From the NCBI GenBank assembly GCA_047495785.1, contig JBLDXI010000002.1, positions 1,178,001 through 1,242,000 on the forward strand: a DNA stretch of 64,000 nucleotides, in the 5' to 3' direction. The DNA comes from Lepidodermella squamata. Lineage: Eukaryota; Animalia; Gastrotricha. Of this stretch, positions 29,320-39,208 are shown one piece after another; the stretch's first letter is position 1; each line of letters begins with the position of its first letter. The notes beneath the pieces are model-generated. The model saw nothing but the letters and a program-made list of their open reading frames with translations, had not been told where the DNA came from and searched no databases. Both the position numbers and the translations under genes were made by a program.

Positions 29320-32300
29320 ATGTCTGCCGACTTGATGCAATCGGCTGAACCAGACTTTGAGCCGAAATACAGAATCGATGAAGAATATGAGTATTATACT
29401 GAATTGGCCACCAATGCTAGCCAACTCTGGATTGAGGTTAGCTTTTGTGTTTTTTTTTATTCCGCTTTGTTCATTGAGCCGGTTGAAATATTGCAGAGTA
29501 TACTTCGGAAACGATTGCCTCATCAAGACGACTTTCGAAAATCCCTCGAAGATGGAATAATTCTATGCGAGTAAGTATATTATGACGTATGTAATTACGG
29601 CTATTTTGACTGATCTGTTCTGTTTCACCGTTTAGGCTGTTAAATACGCTCCGCCCTGGTTGCATAAAAAAAATCAACCGGCTGCCATCTAAAATCGCCG
29701 GCATCGATAATCTGAATATTTTCTTGCAAACGTGCTCAGATGTATTTAGTTTGCACGAAAAGCAGCTTTTTCAAGTCAGTGATTTGGAAGACCTATCTGA
29801 AAGAGCCATTCCAGCAAGTCAGTTGGCTGACGAGCAGGGTAAACGTATTCGAAGGGTGCTCACTACTATTTATCACCTGGGTAAAGCTGCAACTGGCCTC
29901 TACGACGGAGCTCCTATTGAGTTCAGTGCTTTCTCTGGCATTGTTGCCGCATGCCCTTCGTCTTCCAATGCAAACGGCTCTGCACCAATGAATTATAATA
30001 GGGAATCTAGTATTAGCAGTGGTTTGGGAACACAATCCGATGACAAAGTTTCTCGAGCAGATAGTCGAAGTGAATCGCCGCTTTCTTCCGTGACTAAAAC
30101 TAGTTCAGTTGTTCGTCAAAATACACGGGCTTCCGACCAGTCACCAACAAGATTGTCTGACGCGGGTAGTCTAGATTCGAGCTCAAATCTATCGTCATCG
30201 AATACCGGTACTCAATCGAAAGAACCATCAAATGGTCAACAAAGCGGCTCTAATAAGCCAACTCAGCGTGGTCAGTCCCATCATTTTGTCAAGTCCGGCT
30301 TTTCATTACCCACCGGCCCGTCAAGTCTCACTCAAAAAGCCGTCGAACAGATGCGTTTAATTAACGAATCAAGGTCATCCGCTGCCTTCAAAGCACCCGT
30401 TGCCCGACAGCAATCAGCCACGACTACGCCATCTGTCAACGATGACGATGCGTGGCAATCAGTGAGTTACTCGGCTTATCAGCAATTATTGTGTCCTAAA
30501 CTTTTACCACGCTTTCTTTCTTATCGCAGGATTTAGATATGTGGCGGATGAAAAGGAAGCAATCTTTACAGGCGACGGTTGGGCCAGAAGTGTTACAAAC
30601 AGTCGGACTGCTCGACGAAAGCGGGGATGGAATGCGTCTGTCTGACAATTCTCTCAGCGGCAGTTCAAATAAGAAATCAAATAAAAAGCCGGGTTTACTC
30701 AGCAAATTACGTTATTCGGTGGAGCTGGATTCAGATGATCCTATCGTCGTGAATTTAGAGCAATCAGAAGGCACACGCGAGAGAACTGACTCATTTTCAC
30801 TTTCATCAGTCAAGGAGCAGGTGAGCTATTGCTGATTCTTTGAAATTTAGACTAAATCTCAAGTTTATCTCCCAAATAAATTGTTTACGATAAATTTGCA
30901 GTTGCCGCCCATTGCTGATTCGACTGATAACGCCGATAATGCGGACCGCCAGAGTAATCAAACGACGAAAAACGAAGATATCGACGATGACGGACACAAG
31001 GATTTAGTTTTCACCATCAGCCAAGCGCCGGGCAATCTGCGCGGCTTTGGTTTCTCGATCAAAGGCGGGCGAGACGCGAATGCGCCGCTGACGGTCGATC
31101 GCGTCACAGCCGGGTCAGCGGCGGACGAGGCGGACATGCGCGCCGATGACGAAATCGTAAAAATCAACGGCGAGGCGGTGGCGTCCTACTTCCGGCCTAC
31201 CCTCAATCGACTCATCCAACAGTGCGTGAAAACAGGCCAAATCACCCTGGCGATTCGCCGCCACTCGCGATCACAACAGCCGAACAGCGACAAAATCGCT
31301 CCGGTTTCCAACTCGAAACCAGCGCCTTTCCAGCGTTCAGCTAGTCTAAACACACCGCTGGGGGCGAATAACGGCAAATCCGAGTTGGTTATTGAACGGG
31401 CGCCCGTTGGACCGGGTCCGTTGGTTGTTGAGCAAGAGTTGAAGGTGAAATCACCAGAGCCGCGGGTTATTACCCGGACACCGGATGACGGCGATAAGCA
31501 ACAGCCGGTTGTATCGGCATCGCCCGGCCCGGCTATCACAAAACTCCCGCCATCGACTTCACCGGCGCTATCAACAACATCTTCCACTAATTCGGTAGGC
31601 AAAAATAGTATTAAATACGAGAAGAATCAAAGAAGGATTACGCGATTGTCAAATTTGATTTTGAAGTAAAATTGGGGGATTTTTTTTCGATTTGTTTGCT
31701 GTGTAGCCGGTATTGATTTCGATGTCTTCTCATGCGATTATAGCGGGCTAAAGTTGTTTTGATTAACTCTTAGCTGTCAGCGTCTTATCATTGACGGCAT
31801 TAACGCGTCAAGCAGCTTCAACTCAATTTACGAGCATTGAACCGTATTAAACACTCTAGTCGCTTAATATTTCACAAATAGTTGAAATTTGCAAAATTTC
31901 TCGTTTTAGAACTCTGCAGTGACAAACGGCTCTGGCCCGCGGTATATCATGGGCGTTCCTCGTGGCTACCGTGCATCTCCGAACCAGCCCCCCTCCACCA
32001 CCACCACCAACGGCAATGGCAATAAGGACGAATCGATTCAAAGTGCAGACGCGTCCGCGGTCACTTCGCCGCGGAATGGTAACAACAACGCCGGGCGAAG
32101 TGGCGCTGTTTTGGTGCGGGGAGGGGCGAATATTGCGTCGGCTCCTGCCTCGGCGGAACAGTCGCCGGCGAGCGGCAACGGCGTGAGACCGGCCGGCTAT
32201 TCGAGCAGCCAGATTCCGCAGCCGTGGACGTCGCCGCTGAGCAATTCGAACTCGGCGAATAGCAGCAGTAGCAATGTATCGGCTAGTGGTAATGGTAGCA

Positions 32301-33577
32301 GCAACAACGCCGGCCAGCCGCCGACCAGCAACAGCTACACATCGCCGCGCAGCGTCATCGAAAAACAACCGGCTACTCAGCCAGCTCAACCGGTAAACAA
32401 ATTGCTTTTGATTTTATCGATAATCGCAAAGTCGAGTAATTTTTGTTTGGGTCTCAACAAATGGGTAGTGAATTCAAGTGGAAGTAATTTGTTCCAACAG
32501 CTGTGGCATTGAATACGCATATTGTCGAAAATCCAAGTCTGCCTCAGTTCTAAATTGAAGATCCCCTAGAATTTATGAACAGCCCGATAAATTTTGCATA
32601 GCCCTTGTTTCCATGTGGCGGTAGAAATCCGAAGTAAAATTTTAGCGCGAGATTTCCATGTCTTTTTGGGAACTCTTGGGAACTCTTGGGAACAAAAGGA
32701 CCGTAACGTTGGGAAATATCATACGAAACTATATTTTCTCTAGAACTTGAAAGCTGCTTTAATTAAATTTGTAAACAAAATTTGGTTTAATGCAAATTTT
32801 GGCAATTTTGCCTGATTTTTGGCAAACATTTTTCGTAATTTCAGAAGATCTACGGATAATTTTGGATGATCTTTTGAATATAAAACAGACTTGATCCTTG
32901 CGCGAAATGTATAAGTAATTTTTGGGAATTCGAGATTCGAGATTCAGTATTGCACTATTTATTCCAATTTCGAGAAATTAGTTATCGCTCCAACTACCCT
33001 GGCTATATTCTAGTCTAGGTATAATTAGAATATATTTTTGGGCCAGAGATTATTCTGATGCTGGAGAATTGTATGCAACTAACCTTGAGTTATTATCATT
33101 TTGCGTTGCGTATCATCTATTTACTCGAAGTTACCCTGTCTATGATTACCCCGCGTTACGGTAGCTGTCGAGTTGGCCCATAATTTCACACCTTGAAATT
33201 CTGTATATTTTTGGAAATTTATATATTTTTTTTATCATATTTTAATCAATTTTCAATATTTAAAAAATCAGGAAATGTCTTCCCCACCTGCTGCTACCAA
33301 GCCGGAACCAGCGCCGCAAACGCCGCCGCAACTGCCGCGGTCGGTGTCTAGCCGCGAGCTGTGCGCCGCGTGCCAGCAGCCGCTCGGCGCCGGCCCCGCC
33401 ATGGCCATCGAACGCCTCGGCCTGTTCTACCACGTGCGCTGCTTCCGCTGCTCCGTGTGCAAGGTGTCACTGTCGAACGGGGCGACGGGCGTTGATGTCC
33501 GCGTCAAGGGCGCCCGCCTGCACTGCCAGAACTGCAATTCATCGGACGAAAGCGGCCTGCAGTCGAGTCAAGTCTGA
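29320..33577 (+). CDS. LMO7: LMO7/LIMCH1-family protein (CH-PDZ-LIM), exons approx. 29320-29436, 29497-29570, 29636-30461, 30530-30820, 30902-31594, 31910-32391, 33272-33577
   Basis: CH domain (DFRKSLEDGIILCELLN; DNLNIFLQTC; QLFQVSDLEDLS), WQSDLDMWRMKRK motif typical of LMO7/LIMCH1, PDZ domain (GFGFSIKGG) and C-terminal LIM (CAACQQPLGAGPAMAIERLGLFYHVRCFRC..VRV...RLHCQNC). The boundaries of exon 6 are less certain. Confidence 0.88.
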
Positions 33578-34957
33578 ATACGATCCACCTAGTTATATAC
33601 TATAGACTTGCCTGATCTCTTATATACATATATATATTATAATAAAATATTGCGATGAACAGAGTGGATAATTAAAAATATGAAAATTAGAAAAATTAAG
33701 GTGGAATTTTTTGACTGGATGATTAACTCTTATTGATTTGATTTAAAGCTCGGTTGATTTTTATTTCGAGGCCTTTTCATCATACTTATTATTCGTCTTC
33801 CCATCGCCGAAACACCCCTTGAAAACTGCTGTTAACCTCATCTTATGATTGATTACTTTGATTTGCCAAAGAAGCTATTGTATTTTGACTCTTGATTAAA
33901 TCATCTGATGATAAAAATAGAAATATTAGGCTTATATATATATTTTCGCCAGTATTCTCGAACTTGTCTGTTATTAGCTCGTCCATTTTTGGCTAGATTG
34001 AACAAAAAAGTCGCGCTCTTTCACTCCCCAGTGCTCCAGCTGGCGATCGCCACATTCTTGTTCCTTCGTTTTATTGCTCACACGTAGCGTGTTGTCGGAT
34101 TTGCATTTTTGCGACGCCGCGATAACTGAAATTATTATTAAAAAGGAACCAAATACCAGCAGCAGCAGCAACATGACTCGATGTGACATTTTTCGCTTTG
34201 ATTTAATAATCATAACAACGCAACATCGGCGCGTTGTTTGTTTTGTTTGCATCTTCTTCATCTTATTTTTTTTCTGGCAATATTCTAATGAAAAATCGGC
34301 AGCAGTCTGATTGATGGAAATTATTATTATTCATTATGATTATTGTATTATTATTACTACTGTTATTATCGAATAATCAACGCGCGTTTATTCACTTGTT
34401 GATTTGGGGTCTTGCTTGCTCTTTTTTTCCGACTCGTACTCGTAGCAGCAGCTCAGTTTATTTGTCTGTGTGACAATTATGGCTTAGCTCTCTCTCTTTT
34501 TTTTCTGGGAAATTCTTGTCTTCGCTCAGTCTCTCATGATCAACGCTGGTTTTTACATCGCCCTTTTCTATCGTATTATATTATACAAAGTGTAGACGTG
34601 CTCTTGCTCCGCCACTTATATCGGTACGCTGTTATATCGGTATGTAACACTTGATGATGAATATTTCCAGAGTCGTCGACGACTTTTTCGAGTCGTAACA
34701 TTCTTTGCTTCCACTTACTTTCCTACTATTATATTATTGGAATATGAAAATAACGATAATATAGAACGGAGTAGCAATAAATCTGCTATTGTTTCGCGAA
34801 AAATAGTTTTTTTTCCATTTTTAACTTGCAATTTAGATGGCCCCGCTCGAACTTCCGCATAAGACACTGAATTTCAAAATAATTTTAATAATTTCAAGTA
34901 TCAAAATTCACACGGTTAGGGTTAGGGTTCCGATGAGAACTCAAATCCAAATGTGTA

Positions 34958-35294
34958 CAGGGTGTCCCATAGGTAACGTAATCAGAGAAAATACAGGGAA
35001 AGGGTTCAGAAACTCTGGACGAAGGCACACCTCATGGCCAGAAGAATTTTAGAAAAATTCTAGAAATCACGAGAACAGTAATCAAGTTTGTCACTTGTTG
35101 ATGGGATTGAAGAAGTCCGGAGAAATTTGGCCAAACCGGGTAAAATACCGAAAATTACCGAACCAGTTACCACCGGGGTTTTCCGGGTTTTCTCCGGTAA
35201 ATTTTTTATTTCTTCGGTTCAATTGCAGAAAGAGATGAAATATTCTCTCCGTAGGTTGAATTTAAAAATAGGTGCGTAACTTTGGGACACGCAT
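34958..35294 (-). mobile_element. Tc1/mariner-like MITE family B, copy 3
   Basis: ta-cagggtgtccca ... tgggacac termini; collinear with copy 2. Confidence 0.8.
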
Positions 35295-35577
35295 ATATCC
35301 CCATTAATTTGGCAGTTACTTTTCGCTCAAAAGCTGTAACACGTATCAACCACTTAACAATAGGAAAATATTGCTACTCATTTGTTTTCACGGCAGCGTA
35401 AGGGTTTGCTGATAAATTCGAGCCAATCGATTTTCCGCACAGAATCCGGATATTTGCCGGGAATTGATTTATCAGGCTAGGCGGGGTGAAAATATCGAGA
35501 GGGACATTTCCGAATTGTTGCTAAAAGTAGAATTTTCCTAGGAAATTCCGGCCAGTTACAATCTAGAAATAATAATT

Positions 35578-36382
35578 ATGAGCGATTACGACGAAGAAGC
35601 CGTCGGTCTCATCGCGTGTCCAACCGACTGGGGCCGGTGGTGGCAGACCGTAGGCGAGGTGTACCTGGAGATTAGCCACTGGCAGCCGGATTCACGCGCG
35701 AAAATAACACGCCGCGACGTAGGTTTCCGAGCAACGGCTCGAACTATCGAGTTGAAGCTGTTCGACGGCGATATCGTTAAAGGCGATTTGTTCAGCGCAA
35801 TTGTGTCAGACGACTCAGTTTGGACAATCGAGGACGAAGGTCGCATTTTGAAAATCGTAAAAATCACGCCTTAAATTCGATTGACCATTCGCATACATTT
35901 TTTTTGGCAGGTGCTGATAAAGGTGAACAAGTCAGTTGATCACTGTTGGACGGCGCTGCTGAAGGACGGCCAGTTTGCACCCGACGTGTGGACACTGGAT
36001 GAAATGCGCAAGAAATTGATGTTGGAGCGATTTCAAATTGAGGTAGTTGAAAATTGCGTTAATTTTTAAAATTTGGTCAAGTGCGAAGTGCGCACTCTCA
36101 ATTTAGGGTTCCAGCGCTAAACTGGGTTTCGAGCTTATAGTTCCCCTTAAAGAGGATCACATTAAATCCCAGTGTGTATCATTATCATTCAACAAAGGCA
36201 AAAGCCGAAATCGCTAAATATTGGGAAAATATTATGGTAGAAGCCTAAATTTAGCGCTGAAACCTTAACTTCGGAGGTGCAAACCGTTTAACACTTTACT
36301 GATTTCAATCCAGACTGCACTCTCCGACTATTCCGCCGCATCGGTAACGGACAAGTACACAAATGCATCAAACTTGCTTTGA
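35578..36382 (+). CDS. NUDCD2: NudC domain-containing protein 2, exons 35578-35856, 35911-36042, 36314-36382
   Basis: CS/p23 domain (CPTDWGRWWQTVGEV; DDSVWTIED) and NUDCD2-type C-terminal part (CWTALLK..DVWTLDEMRKKLMLERFQ); phase-0 GT-AG introns. Confidence 0.9.
36081..36283 (+). mobile_element. Short family A-related derivative in NUDCD2 intron 2
   Basis: Ends resemble family A (aagtgcgcac..ggttccagcgctaaa; tttagcgctgaaacc..ggtgcaaa) with a different, shorter middle. Confidence 0.55.
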
Positions 36383-36595
36383 TAGAAAACTACTCTAACA
36401 ATAGAAAGAGAACATAACAGTATTGTATTGATTTAGAAGAATAAAACATATGCCGCTTATCATTCGAGGTTTTTTGAATTCTTGTGTAAAGATAAGAATT
36501 TTCTGACTCATCTTCGTGTTATCTCGCTCTCACATTGCACCAACTTGAGGGTAAAAGTCACAGTATGCCAAACAACAACATAGGAAAAAGCGAAA

Positions 36596-38017
36596 ATGTC
36601 AAATGCAGCTTTAACAGATTCGCTGGAGTCTGAATATGACTTCATTCAACTGCAAGATTTTGCGACATTTGAGCAGGACGAAGGTGACGTGGAGCAGTGG
36701 GAAATATTGACGACGGAACTAATTCGCCACGAACTAGTCAGCCTTGACCAGTTCGCAGCTAGACTCGACGAGTTCATCAATGCGAACCTTGAAATCGCGC
36801 GAAATCTACAGCAACTTCTCGACGACTTCAACGCTGCAACCAGTCAGTTCAGTTTGGTCCGAGCTGGAGCGAATGCGTTGAGCTTATCGAGCTCGGCTTG
36901 CCTCTCAGCGGGAGTCGCCACCCCAGCCATTGGACCAGCGTTAATGCTGACAAGTGCTTGTGCTAGTTTCGGGAGCGCTGCCGCTTTACTGGCCAGCGAT
37001 CTCCTAGAGGCTCAGAGATGTCGGGCGAAAATCAAAGCGCTAAGCTCCGCCACAGATCTCTTCAAGAGCTTCCATGAACAGACGGAATGTCTGATGCTTC
37101 TTGACATGAAGACAGTACCTAAAGACGACCCGCAGCTCGTGGCAATCATCCGAATGCTGAGCCGGGATTTCCTTATCTCAAGTCCAGTTGTTCGGCAGCT
37201 GCTTCTTGGCAAAACAGGCAGTGCTTTGTACGCTGAGATGCATCAGGATCTTCTGGCCTATCGAACCGGACTTGTTGGCCAGGTCTGCATGGGGTTTGGT
37301 GTCGTGCCCCGTCTCGACAATGCCTGGAGCGTTGCCATGAAAGCAACCAGCCTGCCGTGGTCACCGATCAGCATTTTCGCCCCTCTTGAGCTGTTTGCCT
37401 TTCTCAGCAGTGTTGGTGATTTCAGGCGGAAGAGGTGCGAATGCACGGTGGCGATCGAGCTATCACATCTGGTGATAAGTCTTCAACAAAGGGCTGATAT
37501 GATGAATTTGATTCGCCGGAAGCTCTCGCTTGTTCAGATTGACGACGAAGTACACTACTTATTCACCTGCATCAATGACGCTCTACTTTTGCCAAGTGAG
37601 GATGGCAAATCAGACCATGTTCATTATCAACTCTTGGTCTATACGAATCAGTTGGATCTGGAGCAAAATTTGACTGGGTCATGGTATCGGTATGAGGACT
37701 TCGCAAATCTCGCCCACTTGCTTAATCAAGAGAAGTCACAACAGCTACTGCGATCATTGCCTTCGTTTCCAGGCTTCACGAAACAACAAGCTGATAAGTT
37801 ACTGCAGGCTCATTTCGAGAGATTCCGCCAAGTTGTGCGACACCGCCTTGAAGGCTGGCTGTCAGCACTCCTGGCTATCCCAGAAGTCCTGCATATAGAT
37901 TACGTCGCTAAATTTCTTCAGCAACCAAATGATTTCCGCCACCATGTTGGCGAGCATCCTTGTCCTGCAACATCTGCAATCCGAAGTTCTGCTGAGCAAT
38001 TTTTCGGGCAGTACTAA
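36596..38017 (+). CDS. Apolipoprotein L-like protein fused to a C-terminal PX (phox homology) domain, 473 aa, single exon
   Basis: ApoL-like amphipathic helix followed by a small-residue hydrophobic hairpin (LQQLLDDF..AGANALSLSSSACLSAGVATPAIGPALMLTSACASFGSAAALLASDLLE) and an ApoL-like C-terminal helix (FAPLELFAFLSS..AIELSHL). PX hallmarks: VHYQLLV, RYEDFANLAHLL, LPSFPG, RHRLEGWLSALL, VAKFL. Domain calls were made by eye. Confidence 0.7.
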   Translation: MSNAALTDSLESEYDFIQLQDFATFEQDEGDVEQWEILTTELIRHELVSLDQFAARLDEFINANLEIARNLQQLLDDFNAATSQFSLVRAGANALSLSSSACLSAGVATPAIGPALMLTSACASFGSAAALLASDLLEAQRCRAKIKALSSATDLFKSFHEQTECLMLLDMKTVPKDDPQLVAIIRMLSRDFLISSPVVRQLLLGKTGSALYAEMHQDLLAYRTGLVGQVCMGFGVVPRLDNAWSVAMKATSLPWSPISIFAPLELFAFLSSVGDFRRKRCECTVAIELSHLVISLQQRADMMNLIRRKLSLVQIDDEVHYLFTCINDALLLPSEDGKSDHVHYQLLVYTNQLDLEQNLTGSWYRYEDFANLAHLLNQEKSQQLLRSLPSFPGFTKQQADKLLQAHFERFRQVVRHRLEGWLSALLAIPEVLHIDYVAKFLQQPNDFRHHVGEHPCPATSAIRSSAEQFFGQY

Positions 38018-38549
38018 CTACTTTGGATAAAAGAGCTGTTTTAATACTTGTATGTTGCTTTCAGTTTAACTTCCGAGTCGGTACCAGTTTAAAATAATAA
38101 GGACAGCTCCGTCCTTTTAATACAGACTTTTATTACACACAGGCAGAACAAAATTGTTAAATAAAGTCGGTAACATTTATTGATATCTGACCGGTTATAT
38201 GTAGAGGTGAACGGGGAGGTAGAGCAAACAAGAAAAGGACGCATTTGAGCGTGAAGACCGAAATTTGTTGTCATCATGTAATCCAGTGGTGTGCAAACTC
38301 GGTTTTTCCGGCCGCCGGCCGCTTGCGGTTGGTCGAGGCATTTTTGGCGGCCGGCGGGCCTTTGAGCTCAGTAGCATTACGCACGGCCAGTCGAGTCTTG
38401 TGTAGTCGGCGATTTGGTTGCAAGCAGAGAGAGAGAAGGCACCCCAGAGTTGTGCACGGGTCGTGCACGGTGCGCACTACGTCGGGCAAGCTGTTCCAGA
38501 AAACTGCTCCGTGGGGATCAAGGCGCGGTTTGCCTCTGGCGAGAAAAAC

Positions 38550-38891
38550 AGCGACTGCAACCGGAGCTTCGCCATTTAAGCACCGCCAGATCCAGGTAGC
38601 CAGGTGGACTTAACGCTTCCCATCCAAATCCTTTGTCGGCTTTTTGTTGTTTTGCGCTCAGTTTTCTGCATTTCTTTTAGTTTGCCTTTTTGAAGTTTTT
38701 GAAATACGCGCTCAGTGTCCTTGTCGCGAGCACAGTCATCAGACGGGCGCATGTCATGTGACCAAGAAGTGACCGGCACGGGACGCGCGAGTTAACGCGC
38801 GAGGATGGGAAGCGACTGCAACCGGAGCTTCGCCATTTAAGCACCGCCAGATCCAGGTAGCCAGATGGACTTAACGCTTCCCATCCAAATC
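38550..38891. repeat. 81-bp direct repeat pair (38550-38630, 38811-38891; one mismatch)
   Basis: agcgactgcaaccggagcttcgccatttaagcaccgccagatccaggtagccag(g/a)tggacttaacgcttcccatccaaatc occurs twice, 261 bp apart. Confidence 0.92.
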
Positions 38892-39208
38892 TAGCAAACG
38901 CAGACTTTGTCGCAGCGGTACCGGGTCGGCGTTCGCCAAAGCGCGGCAAATTATTCGAATTTTACTTCTTTTATAGCGATTTCTCTTTATATAGCCTGCT
39001 GCTTGAATTCTTTCGATCGTGAATTTATCGCGTCCGCCTCCTTGACTGGCGGTTTGAGACCTGCCGCTCAGGCTGTTTCGGCTGCGGCTGTCTCTGCTGC
39101 CACCGCGATATAAGCTTCAAAACGTCTTCAAATACCTCGGCCGAGTCGGAAATCATTAGCGGGATCGACGTAATCAATTTTAGGGTAGTGAAATAGACCT
39201 AGATAGAG

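Noticed and set aside
34914-34929. Telomere-like GGTTAGGGTTAGGGTT
   Set aside because: Only ~2.5 units next to a MITE; too short to call an interstitial telomere.
38700-38750. Hammerhead ribozyme at minus-strand CTGATGA
   Set aside because: No GAAA after the putative stem II and no stem I/III pairing.
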